From the IMG/VR virus record IMGVR_UViG_3300037343_000006, positions 1-60,681 of that record: a stretch of DNA of 60,681 nucleotides; one strand, given 5' to 3'. The notes under the pieces were generated by a model that searched no databases, had not been told where the DNA came from, and worked only from the letters and a program-made list of their open reading frames with translations. The translations under genes and the position numbers were made by a program. This DNA comes from a virus. Its lineage: Duplodnaviria > Caudoviricetes. Shown piece after piece: positions 35,713 through 44,800 of the stretch (its first letter is position 1; the number at the start of each line of letters is the position of its first letter).

Positions 35713-38181
35713 ATGGCTATCGAAAAAGGCATTTACAGCGCCCCAATGGGCATTGACGACGATGAGATGGAGGGCATGGACCTCGAATCTGATCTGGAGA
35801 TTCAGATCGTCGACCCAGAGGCGGTTATTCTGGACGACGGCAGCATGGAGGTGATCCTGTTTCCGGACGCCGAACCCGTGGATGAGGCCGAATTTGACGC
35901 AAACCTAGCGGATTTCATGGAAGATGGGGACCTGCGGGACCTGTCTAGCGACCTCGTGGGGCTGATCGAGGCCGACATGCAGAGCCGGAAGGAGTGGGTT
36001 GAGTCCTACGTCGAGGGTCTGGACGTGCTGGGATTCAAGTACGAGGAGCGGACGCAGCCTTGGGAGGGTGCCTGTGGGGTGTTTTCTACGATTCTGGCTG
36101 AAGCAGCCATCCGGTTCCAAGCTGAGACTATGTCTGAGACTTTCCCAGCCGCTGGGCCGGTAAAGGTCAAGGTGCTTGGCGAGGAGAGCAAGGAGAAGCT
36201 GGAGGCCGCGGAGCGCGTCAAGGCCGACATGAACTACGAGATCACCGAGCGGATGGTCGAGTACCGGTCCGAGCACGAGCGGATGCTCTATTCTCTGGGT
36301 CTGGCGGGCTCTGCGTTCAAGAAAGTGTACTTCGACCCGAACTTTGGGCGTCAAGTGGCGCTCTATATACCAGCAGAAGACGTTATCGTGCCTTACAGCG
36401 CGAGTCACATCGAGACGGCAGAGCGCGTTACGCATGTGATGCGTAAAACCAAGAACGAGATGAAGAAGCTGCAGGCTGCAGGCTTCTATCGGGACATCGA
36501 GCTGGGCGAGCCGGTGCCGTACCACTCCGACGTTGAGGAGAAAAAGGCCGAGGATGGCGGGTTCAGCCTGACTGACGACAACCGCTACGCACTCTATGAG
36601 TGCCATGTAGAGATGTGCGTCCCCGGAGTGGACGACGAGGATGACATGCCGGTGCCGTACGTCGTCACTATCGAGCGGGGCTCAGGTGAGGTGCTGGCGG
36701 TACGCCGCAACTACGAAGAAGACGCCGAAATCCCCCTGAAAAATCAGTTTTTTGTCCATTACCCCTACGTTCCGGGGTTTGGGTTCTACGGACTGGGGCT
36801 GATTCACATCATCGGGGGCTATTCACGCGCAGGAACGTCGCTGATTCGCCAGTTGGTCGACGCTGGCACGCTATCTAACCTGCCGGGGGGCCTGAAAACT
36901 CGCGGCCTGCGTATTAAGGGCGACGATAGCCCGATCGAGCCAGGCGAGTTCAAGGATGTAGACGTCCCGTCGGGCTCTATCCGCGATAATATCATGCCGC
37001 TGCCCTATAAAGAGCCGTCGCAGACGCTCCTACAGCTCTTGGACCGCATCACACAGGAAGGCCGCCGCCTCGGGGCTATCAGTGATCTAAATATCTCCGA
37101 CATGTCAGCAAACGCACCGGTGGGTACGACGCTGGCGCTGCTTGAGCGCACCCTGAAGCCAATGGCTGCGGTGCAGTCGCGTGTGCACTACGCGATGAAG
37201 CAAGAGTTCAAGATGCTCAAGGCGATCATCGCCGAGCATGCCCCAGAAGAGTACTCCTACCAGCCCACTCGTGGTGAGGTGGGCGCACGCCGGTCGGACT
37301 ATATGATGGTGGACGTGATCCCCGTCAGTGATCCTAACAGCTCGACCATGGCGCAGCGCGTTGTGCAGTATCAGGCTGTGCTGCAGATGTCCCAGCAGGC
37401 CCCGCAGATTTACAACCTGCCAGTCCTCCACCGCGAGATGATGGAGGTGCTGGGTATCAAGAACGCGGACAAGATCGTGCCGACAAAGGCCGATGCCAAG
37501 CCGACTGACCCGGTCAGCGAGAACATGGACGCGCTGATTGGCAAGCCGATGCGGTCGTTTATCTATCAGGACCACCAAGCGCATATTGCGACCCACATGT
37601 CGTTTATGCAGGACCCGATGATTGCACAGATGATCGGCCAGAACCCGCAGGCGCAGCAGATCATGACGTCGTTGCAGGCACACATCGCCGAGCACCTTGG
37701 GTTCCAGTACCGGCAGCAGATCGAGGAGAAGCTCGGGGCACCGCTGCCTGATCCCAACGCAGAGCTGCCGCAGGAAGTCGAAGTCCAGCTGTCCCGCCTC
37801 GTCGCCGATGCCGGTCGCCAGCTCACGCAGGCTAACCAGCAGCAGCAAGCTCAGCAGCAAGCCCAGCAGCAGCAGCAAGACCCCATGTTCCAGCTCCAGC
37901 AGGCTGAGGTCCAGATCAAGGCGCAGGAGGTCCAGCGCAAGGCCGCGAAGGATCAGGCTGATGCCCAGTACAAGGGTGAACAGCTTAAGCTGCAGACAGC
38001 TAAGAGCATGACGGACGCGATGCTCAAGGCCGAGGAGCTGAAAGTCGACAAGACCCAGCTGGCGATCGACGCTGAAGTAAAGGGCGTCGAGATGAGCCGG
38101 GCCCGCCGCGAAGCTCAGGATAAGACTGCTATCGAGGTCGCTAAGCTCATGCAGCAGAACAAGCCAAGAGGAGATAAATAA
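35713..38181 (+). CDS. Portal protein
   Basis: 822 aa after TerL; AIRFQAE, GSAFKKVYFD, GFYGLGL; Gln-rich coiled-coil C-terminus reminiscent of P22-like portals. Confidence 0.85.
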   Translation: MAIEKGIYSAPMGIDDDEMEGMDLESDLEIQIVDPEAVILDDGSMEVILFPDAEPVDEAEFDANLADFMEDGDLRDLSSDLVGLIEADMQSRKEWVESYVEGLDVLGFKYEERTQPWEGACGVFSTILAEAAIRFQAETMSETFPAAGPVKVKVLGEESKEKLEAAERVKADMNYEITERMVEYRSEHERMLYSLGLAGSAFKKVYFDPNFGRQVALYIPAEDVIVPYSASHIETAERVTHVMRKTKNEMKKLQAAGFYRDIELGEPVPYHSDVEEKKAEDGGFSLTDDNRYALYECHVEMCVPGVDDEDDMPVPYVVTIERGSGEVLAVRRNYEEDAEIPLKNQFFVHYPYVPGFGFYGLGLIHIIGGYSRAGTSLIRQLVDAGTLSNLPGGLKTRGLRIKGDDSPIEPGEFKDVDVPSGSIRDNIMPLPYKEPSQTLLQLLDRITQEGRRLGAISDLNISDMSANAPVGTTLALLERTLKPMAAVQSRVHYAMKQEFKMLKAIIAEHAPEEYSYQPTRGEVGARRSDYMMVDVIPVSDPNSSTMAQRVVQYQAVLQMSQQAPQIYNLPVLHREMMEVLGIKNADKIVPTKADAKPTDPVSENMDALIGKPMRSFIYQDHQAHIATHMSFMQDPMIAQMIGQNPQAQQIMTSLQAHIAEHLGFQYRQQIEEKLGAPLPDPNAELPQEVEVQLSRLVADAGRQLTQANQQQQAQQQAQQQQQDPMFQLQQAEVQIKAQEVQRKAAKDQADAQYKGEQLKLQTAKSMTDAMLKAEELKVDKTQLAIDAEVKGVEMSRARREAQDKTAIEVAKLMQQNKPRGDK

Positions 38182-38184
38182 CCT

Positions 38185-38382
38185 ATGGCAAAGACCGTCT
38201 TTGACGTGCTCACAGATAAGATCGACGAGCAAATCTCGTCTGCAACGCAATTCCTAGCCGGGGGGTCTCCCAAGGACTACGCCGCGTATAGGGAAGTTGT
38301 TGGATTAATTCGGGGTCTCGAATCCAGCAAATCGTACATTGAAGACCTCTCGCGTAACTATATGGACAACGATGATGACTGA
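38185..38382 (+). CDS. Small conserved head-region protein
   Basis: 65 aa; G..KDYAAYREVVGLIRGL; between portal and GroES-like genes. Confidence 0.7.
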   Translation: MAKTVFDVLTDKIDEQISSATQFLAGGSPKDYAAYREVVGLIRGLESSKSYIEDLSRNYMDNDDD

Positions 38383-38749
38383 AGCAGCAGTTAAGATTAA
38401 CGAACAGGAGTTTGAGGCACAGCTGCCCAAACCAGTGGGGTACCGCGTACTCATTGCGCTCCCGCAAGTCTCAGAGACCTACGAGGGTACAAGCATTATC
38501 AAGACGGATAAGGAGCGCGACCGCGACCATATCATGTCGATCATTGGGCTTGTTGTTGACGTTGGCGAGCAGGCGTACTCTGACGCAGACCGGTTTCCTA
38601 CCGGCGCATGGTGCGAACCCGGCGACTACGTCATGTTCCGCATGAACTCGGGCACGCGTTTCCGTATGGGCGATACTGAATATCGCCTGATGAATGATGA
38701 CTCGATTGAAGCGGTGGTTGCTGACCCCCGCGGCATCCAGCGCGCGTAA
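38372..38749 (+). CDS. GroES/Cpn10-like co-chaperonin
   Basis: PVGYRVLI...GLVVDVG...GDYVMF...GT...EYRLMNDDSIEAVV matches the Cpn10 pattern. Confidence 0.85.
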   Translation: MMTEAAVKINEQEFEAQLPKPVGYRVLIALPQVSETYEGTSIIKTDKERDRDHIMSIIGLVVDVGEQAYSDADRFPTGAWCEPGDYVMFRMNSGTRFRMGDTEYRLMNDDSIEAVVADPRGIQRA

Positions 38750-38760
38750 GGAGCTAGACT

Positions 38761-39762
38761 ATGCCTTTTCAAAAAGTAGAGTTTGGGTTTCCAAACGACG
38801 ACGATGAGACAGTAGAAATCGACATCGAGTCTTCTTCCGCGGAGCCAATGGTAAAGACGGGCAAGGCGAAGGGAGAGATTGAGGTAGTTGTCGAGGACGA
38901 CATAGCAGTAGAGGTTGTCGACGATACGCCCCCTGCCGACCGTAACCGCAAACCGTCTGATCCCCCAGAGGATGTAACCGACGAAGAGCTCGAAGAGTAT
39001 TCCGACAAAGTCCGGAAGCGTATCAAGCACTTTAGTAAAGGTTACCACGACGAGCGGCGGGCTAAAGAAGAGGCCCTGCGTGCGCGCGAGGAGCTTGAGC
39101 GCCTTACGCAGCAGCTGTTTGATGAAAATCAGAAGCTGAAGACCTCCAGCACCAAGAGCCAAGCGGCCCTTATCGAGCAGGCCAAGCGCAGCGCAGCGAT
39201 GGATATGGAGTCCGCGAAGGCTGGGTACAAAGTTGCGTATGACTCTGGCGATGCGGATTCTGTGCTTAATGCACAGGAGAAGCTAACCACTGCTAGGCTT
39301 AAGCTCGAAAAGATAAACAACCTCAAGGTACCAACTTTACAGGAGCGCGAAACACCTGTACAAGTTAAGGCAGAACCCGCCCCGGCACCTAAAGTCGACC
39401 AGCGGGCCTTGGATTGGAAGAACGACAATTCTTGGTTCCAAAGCGATGATGAGATGACGAGTTTTGCGCTGGGGTTGCACAATAAACTCGTCAAAGAGGG
39501 CGTAAGCCCGCAAAGCGATGACTACTACGAGCGGATTAACACTCGTATGCGCCAAGTGTTCCCCGATCAGTTCGAGGACACGAAACAAAGGGCTCCAGAG
39601 CCGAAGCGGAAGACCTCGGTCGTGGCCGCGGCAACGCGCAGTACTGCGCCGAACCGGGTGACACTGACCAAAACACAGGTCCAGATCGCGAAGAGGTTGG
39701 GACTTACCCCGGAACAATACGCCAAACAGGTTGCTATAGATATGAGGAAACAAAATGGCTGA
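38761..39762 (+). CDS. Putative capsid scaffolding protein
   Basis: 333 aa; acidic N-terminus, coiled coil, C-terminal IAKRLGLTPEQYAK; upstream of the capsid gene. Confidence 0.65.
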   Translation: MPFQKVEFGFPNDDDETVEIDIESSSAEPMVKTGKAKGEIEVVVEDDIAVEVVDDTPPADRNRKPSDPPEDVTDEELEEYSDKVRKRIKHFSKGYHDERRAKEEALRAREELERLTQQLFDENQKLKTSSTKSQAALIEQAKRSAAMDMESAKAGYKVAYDSGDADSVLNAQEKLTTARLKLEKINNLKVPTLQERETPVQVKAEPAPAPKVDQRALDWKNDNSWFQSDDEMTSFALGLHNKLVKEGVSPQSDDYYERINTRMRQVFPDQFEDTKQRAPEPKRKTSVVAAATRSTAPNRVTLTKTQVQIAKRLGLTPEQYAKQVAIDMRKQNG

Positions 39763-40204
39763 GAATCGCATAGACCGCGAGCTCGACACCCGTGAAAAGA
39801 CCACGCGTAAACGGACTTGGCAGCGCCCGGAAGTTCTTCCGTCGCCGAATCCCGAGGCAGGTTATGACTATCACTGGGTGCGCATAAGCACGCAAGGGCA
39901 AGTCGACGCCACGAATGTTTCTTCGAAATTGCGTGAAGGTTGGGAACCCGTGAAAGCGGTGGATCACCCAGAGATTACCATGGTCACCGTTGAGAATGAA
40001 CGGTTTGCAGAAAACGTGGTAATTGGTGGATTGATGCTCTGCAAAGCACCTAAAGAGTTGGTCGAGGAGCGTAATGAATATTACACTACCCAGACTAAGT
40101 CTCAGATGCGTTCGGTAGACAACAACTTCATGCGTGAGAACGATCCGCGTATGCCGCTTTTTAACGAGCGGAAGACACGGGTTACCTTTGGTAATGGAAC
40201 TTAA
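39755..40204 (+). CDS. Conserved head-region protein
   Basis: 149 aa; YHWVR, REGWEPV, GGLMLCK. Confidence 0.7.
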   Translation: MAENRIDRELDTREKTTRKRTWQRPEVLPSPNPEAGYDYHWVRISTQGQVDATNVSSKLREGWEPVKAVDHPEITMVTVENERFAENVVIGGLMLCKAPKELVEERNEYYTTQTKSQMRSVDNNFMRENDPRMPLFNERKTRVTFGNGT

Positions 40205-40216
40205 CAGGAGCTAGAT

Positions 40217-40816
40217 ATGGCATATCCTACCGTTGACGCCCCATACGGGCTGAAGCCGATCAATTTGATCGGTGGTCAGGTGTTCGCTGGTGCTACGCGC
40301 CAGATTCCTATTGCTTCGGGCTATGCAACGAACCTGCTGAATGGCGACGTTGTTAAGCTCGTAAGTGACGGTACTCTGGAGAAAGACACCGGAACTACGA
40401 CCGCAACCCCCGTGGGTATTTTTCTTGGCTGCAGATACACGGACCCAAGTCTGGGTTACGAGCTGTATAGCCAGTATTTCCCCGCAAACACCGTAGCATC
40501 CGACATTGTCGCGTATGTTGCGGATGATCCCGACCAGCTGTTTAAGGTCGCCGTCGTGTCTGGCACGACTGTGATTGCAGGCGTTGGCCGCACCGTCGTT
40601 GGTAACAACGTGGCGCTGGTACAAAACGCTGGGACGACCACTACTGGAAACTCGAAAGTCGCCGTGCTTTCGACTTCTGCAGCCACCACGAACACTCTGC
40701 CGATTCGCGTCATCGACGTTATTCCGGATACCAAGACTGGTTCCGATACGTTTGTTGAGCTGGTCGTCAAGTGGAATTGGGGCATGCACCAGTATCAAAA
40801 TGCAACCGGCGTATAA
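40217..40816 (+). CDS. Putative capsid decoration/minor head protein
   Basis: 199 aa, beta-rich; APYGLKP, DDPDQLF; immediately upstream of the major capsid gene. Confidence 0.6.
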   Translation: MAYPTVDAPYGLKPINLIGGQVFAGATRQIPIASGYATNLLNGDVVKLVSDGTLEKDTGTTTATPVGIFLGCRYTDPSLGYELYSQYFPANTVASDIVAYVADDPDQLFKVAVVSGTTVIAGVGRTVVGNNVALVQNAGTTTTGNSKVAVLSTSAATTNTLPIRVIDVIPDTKTGSDTFVELVVKWNWGMHQYQNATGV

Positions 40817-40829
40817 GGAGTAATGTAAC

Positions 40830-41738
40830 ATGGCAATTTCACGCGCCCAGCTACTCAAAGAACTCCTTCCGGGGCTGAACGCTCTGTTCGGTTTGGAGTA
40901 CGCCAAGTATGGTGAAGAGCACGCTGAAATCTTCGAGACCGAGACATCTGATCGCTCGTTTGAAGAAGAAACTAAGCTGTCTGGCTTTTCTGCAGCACCC
41001 GTCAAAAACGAAGGCTCCGCCATCTCGTATGACAATGCTCAGGAAGCATGGACTGCTCGCTACACCCACGAGACCATCGCTATGGGCTTCGCCATCACGG
41101 AGGAAGCCATCGAAGATAACCTGTACGACTCTCTGTCGTCTCGTTATACCAAGGCGTTGGCCCGTGCTATGGCGTACAGCAAGCAGGTAAAGGCAGCGGC
41201 GATCCTCAACAACGCGTTTGACGCAGGCACCACCTACGGTGACGGCCAGACGCTTTGTTCCACTGCCCACCCGTTGGTTTCGGGTGGCACTAACTCCAAC
41301 CGTCCTTCGGTTGCTGCTGACCTCAACGAGACTTCGCTTGAGGCTGCAGTTATCCAGATCGCGGCTTGGACTGACGAACGCGGGATGCTCATTGCATCCC
41401 AGCCACGCAAGCTGGTTATCCCGCCTGCGCTGCAGTTCGTTGCTACTCGTCTACTGGAGACTGAAGGCCGTGTCGGTACCGCCGATAACGACCTGAACGC
41501 TATCCGGAACAACGGGGCGATCCCTGAAGGCTACACGATCAACCACTATCTGACGGACACCAACGCTTGGTTCCTGATGACGGATGTTCCAAACGGCCTG
41601 AAGCACTTCGTCCGTGCACCGATGTCGACGTCCATGGATGCTGACTTCGACACAGGTAACTCGCGCTACAAGGCACGTGAACGTTATTCGTTCGGTGTCT
41701 CGGACCCGCTGGGTATCTTCGGTTCGCCCGGCGCTTAA
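40830..41738 (+). CDS. Major capsid protein
   Basis: 302 aa; MAISRAQLLKELLPGLNALFG...KARERYSFG; TAAGGAG RBS; followed by a terminator. Confidence 0.9.
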   Translation: MAISRAQLLKELLPGLNALFGLEYAKYGEEHAEIFETETSDRSFEEETKLSGFSAAPVKNEGSAISYDNAQEAWTARYTHETIAMGFAITEEAIEDNLYDSLSSRYTKALARAMAYSKQVKAAAILNNAFDAGTTYGDGQTLCSTAHPLVSGGTNSNRPSVAADLNETSLEAAVIQIAAWTDERGMLIASQPRKLVIPPALQFVATRLLETEGRVGTADNDLNAIRNNGAIPEGYTINHYLTDTNAWFLMTDVPNGLKHFVRAPMSTSMDADFDTGNSRYKARERYSFGVSDPLGIFGSPGA

Positions 41739-41758
41739 TCGCACCGGCACCGTTAGGG

Positions 41759-41788
41759 AGGGGCTGCTTCGGTGGCCCCTTTCTTTTT
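41759..41788 (+). terminator. Intrinsic terminator after the capsid gene
   Basis: AGGGGCTGC-TTCG-GTGGCCCCT-TTCTTTTT. Confidence 0.85.
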
Positions 41789-41866
41789 GTTTTGTTATCG
41801 TGTATTCTACCTACATTCCTGACAGCCGCATAGTGTGGCTGACTTGACCCACGACAGGAGATACAC

Positions 41867-42115
41867 ATGGGTACTACAACGTTTAGCGGACCGGTAGTTT
41901 CGACTAACGGCTTTGTTGGCTCCATCACAGGCGATGTTGTTGGCGCAATCAAACTCCCCACATACACCGTTGCGAACGCCCCATCGGCGGCTACAGCAGG
42001 CGCGGGCACTATCATCTATGTGTCCAATGGCGCAGCGGGTTCCCCGATTCTCGCGTTCTCTAATGGCACTGACTGGAAGCGGTCGGATACCGGCGCTACC
42101 ATCGCAGCAACGTGA
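41867..42115 (+). CDS. Small structural/decoration-like protein
   Basis: 82 aa; TTFSGPVVSTNGF; AGGAG RBS. Confidence 0.7.
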   Translation: MGTTTFSGPVVSTNGFVGSITGDVVGAIKLPTYTVANAPSAATAGAGTIIYVSNGAAGSPILAFSNGTDWKRSDTGATIAAT

Positions 42116-42123
42116 GGTGAGCT

Positions 42124-42237
42124 ATGACAATTAAATGGACACTCCCGACACCGGAAGAACTCGCAGCGCGCGGGCTCGACGCGGATGGAAACCCGATCAA
42201 AGCTCCAAAAGTGGCCCCCAAAAAGAAGGAGGGCTAA
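42124..42237 (+). CDS. Small hypothetical protein (37 aa)
   Basis: GAGGTG RBS; MTIKWTLPTPEELAARG...KKKEG; fills the intergenic gap. Confidence 0.5.
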   Translation: MTIKWTLPTPEELAARGLDADGNPIKAPKVAPKKKEG

Positions 42238-42240
42238 CGT

Positions 42241-42519
42241 ATGTCTAGCTCCGATCTTCGGACAAAACGCGTCACCGCAGCGGGGTCGCTAGCTGTAGGC
42301 CCAGCTCGCATCCGGCAGGTTCAGGTTTTGACCACTGCAGGCGGTGCCGGTCGGCTGACCGTGACTGATGGTGACGGGGGCCCACTGGTTCTCGACATCG
42401 ACTTTATTCCGTCTGACTCGCACTCGATCAACATTCCAGACTACGGGATTCGTTGCTCTTCCGATGTCTTTATCACGGCGCTTACAAACATTAGCGCCAT
42501 GACCGTGTTCTACAGCTAA
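42241..42519 (+). CDS. Small beta-rich structural protein
   Basis: 92 aa, GGAGG RBS. Confidence 0.65.
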   Translation: MSSSDLRTKRVTAAGSLAVGPARIRQVQVLTTAGGAGRLTVTDGDGGPLVLDIDFIPSDSHSINIPDYGIRCSSDVFITALTNISAMTVFYS

Positions 42520-42527
42520 GGTGCAGT

Positions 42528-42791
42528 ATGGCGAAGTCTCCAGCATGGCAGCGTAAGGAAGGCAAGAACCCAAAAGGTGGGCTCAATGCCAAAGGCCGCG
42601 CGTCTGCAAAAAAGCAGGGGATGAACCTAAAGCCCCCGGCCCCCAAGGCCAAGGCTGGCACAAAGGACGGCAACCGCCGTAAGAGCTTCTGTGCCCGGAT
42701 GTCTGGCATGAAGAAAAAGCTGACAAGTGAGAAGACAAAGAACGACCCGGATTCTCGGATCAATAAAAGCCTTCGGGCGTGGAACTGCTAA
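42528..42791 (+). CDS. Small basic protein
   Basis: 87 aa, Lys/Arg-rich; GGLNAKGRAS, RRKSFCARM, SLRAWNC. Confidence 0.75.
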   Translation: MAKSPAWQRKEGKNPKGGLNAKGRASAKKQGMNLKPPAPKAKAGTKDGNRRKSFCARMSGMKKKLTSEKTKNDPDSRINKSLRAWNC

Positions 42792-42834
42792 TGCCACCGA
42801 AGTCGGGGCACCGCAAAGCGTAGGAGATAAACTC

Positions 42835-43206
42835 ATGATGAAGAAATACCAGAACGGCGGCATGGCATCGTCTGACCGCCCGAAAATGCGCCCAAAGGCG
42901 CGTCCAGATGACCTTATGGAAGGTAGGAGCTCGGCTGCACCGGCTCGGTCGATCCGCCCCCGCAAGCGCCCCCAAGAAATTGAAGACATGATGTCCTCCG
43001 ACACGGCTGTAGGCCGCGGCAACCGCGCGTCGATGCGGGAAGCCATGGAGATGCCTGAAGGCATGATGGCTGGCGGTAAAGTCGGCATGCACAAAATGCC
43101 TGACGGCACCATGATGAAGGATTCCGCACATAAAATGAAGGCTGGCGGTAAAGTACGGGGTGCGGGTATGGCGTCTAAGGGCGTCCGCGCCTGCAAGATG
43201 ATGTAA
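42835..43206 (+). CDS. Small basic Met-rich protein with three xxxGG motifs
   Basis: 123 aa from ATG 42835 (AGGAG RBS); YQNGG, MMAGG, MKAGG. Confidence 0.7.
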   Translation: MMKKYQNGGMASSDRPKMRPKARPDDLMEGRSSAAPARSIRPRKRPQEIEDMMSSDTAVGRGNRASMREAMEMPEGMMAGGKVGMHKMPDGTMMKDSAHKMKAGGKVRGAGMASKGVRACKMM

Positions 43207-43364
43207 TGCGCAAGCGCTACAAGAAAGGTGGGGCGGTCAAAGACGACTGCTATAGCAAGGTAAAATCTCGCTATAAGGTCTTTCCGTCCGCCTATGCTTC
43301 TGGGGCTATTGCCAAGTGCCGCAAGGTCGGGGCAAAGAACTGGGGCAACAAAGGGTCGAAGTGA
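43206..43364 (+). CDS. Small basic protein (52 aa, not in the ORF track)
   Basis: TAATG coupling; MRKRYKKGGAVKDDCYSKVKSRYKVFPSAYASGAIAKCRK... Confidence 0.7.
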   Translation: MRKRYKKGGAVKDDCYSKVKSRYKVFPSAYASGAIAKCRKVGAKNWGNKGSK

Positions 43365-43642
43365 TGGCGGTTCGCAAGACGGAGAAAGGTGCGGCACTGA
43401 AGCGCTGGTTCAAAGAGGACTGGAAAGACGTGCGCACTGGTAAGGCTTGCGGACGCCAAGAGGGCGAAAGTCGGGGTACTCCGTATTGCAGACCAAGCAA
43501 GCGGGTGTCTGGCAAGACCCCTAAGACTAGCGGTGAAATGAGCTCTTCAGAGAAGAGCAAGAAGGTCGCTGAGAAGAAACGACTAGGGCAACCAGCGGGT
43601 AAACCTCGTAGGGTGTCAGCAGCAAAACGGGGTAGCAAGTGA
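43364..43642 (+). CDS. Small basic protein
   Basis: 92 aa from MAVRK (TGATG coupling); LKRWFKEDWKDV, CGR, PYCRP. Confidence 0.7.
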   Translation: MAVRKTEKGAALKRWFKEDWKDVRTGKACGRQEGESRGTPYCRPSKRVSGKTPKTSGEMSSSEKSKKVAEKKRLGQPAGKPRRVSAAKRGSK

Positions 43643-44322
43643 CCACATCCGGTACCACAGCGTTTAACATGGACTTCACGGAGATCGCCGAGGAAGCATG
43701 GGAACGTGCGGGCCGCGAGATGCGGTCTGGCTATGACCTTCGCACTGCGCGGCGGTCTATGAACTTGATGACGATCGAGTGGCAGAACCGCGGCATCAAC
43801 ATGTGGACCATCGACGAGGGGGTTCTAAGCCTTTCGCAAGGTGTAGCACAGTACGCCCTACCTGCGGACACCATCGACCTACTTGAGCAGGTTATTCGCA
43901 CAGGGGCAGGCAGCAGGCAGCAAGACCTTAATATCTCGCGTATTAGCGTTAGCACCTACTCCACGATTCCTAACAAGACCAACACCGGTAGGCCGATTCA
44001 GGTGTGGATTGAGCGTCTCCGTGACGCCCCACGGATTAATGTCTGGCCGGTGCCGGACTCTAACAACTATACGTTTGTTTACTGGCGCATGCGCCGCGTC
44101 CAAGACGCAGGCTCCGGGGTTCAAACTGCGGATATGAACTTCCGCTTTCTCCCCTGTCTGGTAGCGGGGCTGGCGTACTACATCGCGATGAAGGTGCCCG
44201 AGCTCATCGACCGTATCCCGCTCCTTAAGGCCGAATACGAGGATCAATTCCGGCTTGCTGCCGAAGAAGACCGTGAGAAGGCTCCAATACGGTTCGTACC
44301 TAGCGTGAGGATGGTCCGGTGA
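43639..44322 (+). CDS. Putative head-tail adaptor / tail tubular protein
   Basis: 227 aa; ARRSMNL..EWQNRG.N.W, GRP.Q, WPVPD, GLAYY; gene context. Confidence 0.65.
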   Translation: MTTSGTTAFNMDFTEIAEEAWERAGREMRSGYDLRTARRSMNLMTIEWQNRGINMWTIDEGVLSLSQGVAQYALPADTIDLLEQVIRTGAGSRQQDLNISRISVSTYSTIPNKTNTGRPIQVWIERLRDAPRINVWPVPDSNNYTFVYWRMRRVQDAGSGVQTADMNFRFLPCLVAGLAYYIAMKVPELIDRIPLLKAEYEDQFRLAAEEDREKAPIRFVPSVRMVR

Positions 44323-44630
44323 GTAATCGGTTTGCCTCAAGCCAAAAAGCGATCGGCATATGCGATATATGCGGGTTTCAATACCCGCTACGTAAGCTAC
44401 GCACTACCTTCGTTAAGGGTCGCAAGACAAACTTATTATCTTGCTCAACATGCTGGGACCCGGATCACCCCCAGCTTAAGTTAGGCGAGTTTCCGGTGGA
44501 GGACCCGCAGGCCCTCCGTAACCCACGCCCCGATAGCTCTGAATACGCTCAAAGCCGTGCACAGATCATCCCAGTACGGCAGATAGTTGGCACTGGGTTT
44601 ATCGGGCAAGTCACAGTAATAACTTCATAG
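44319..44630 (+). CDS. Zinc-ribbon protein
   Basis: CDICG...CSTCWDPDHPQ, DPQALRNPRPD. Confidence 0.7.
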   Translation: MSNRFASSQKAIGICDICGFQYPLRKLRTTFVKGRKTNLLSCSTCWDPDHPQLKLGEFPVEDPQALRNPRPDSSEYAQSRAQIIPVRQIVGTGFIGQVTVITS

Positions 44631-44641
44631 GAGATACACTC

Positions 44642-44797
44642 ATGCCTAGCTGCGGAACCAAGAAGATGATGTCTGGTGGTAAAGTCAAAAGCCAGACGAA
44701 GAAGATGAAGAAGCCCGCCAAGAAATCTGGCGGCACGAAGGTCCGTGGCACCGGTGCAGCCACTAAAGGTATCATGGCCCGCGGGCCAATGGGGTAA
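44642..44797 (+). CDS. Small basic protein (51 aa, not in the ORF track)
   Basis: AGGAG RBS; MPSCGTKKMMSGGKVK...KVRGTGAATKGIMARGPMG. Confidence 0.7.
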   Translation: MPSCGTKKMMSGGKVKSQTKKMKKPAKKSGGTKVRGTGAATKGIMARGPMG

Positions 44798-44800
44798 GGT

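Noticed and set aside
37105-38250. Long antisense ORFs (this 381-aa one, 40211-41035, 42627-43397 and similar)
   Set aside because: They are shadow frames opposite well-supported genes in a GC-rich genome, with no RBS or motifs.
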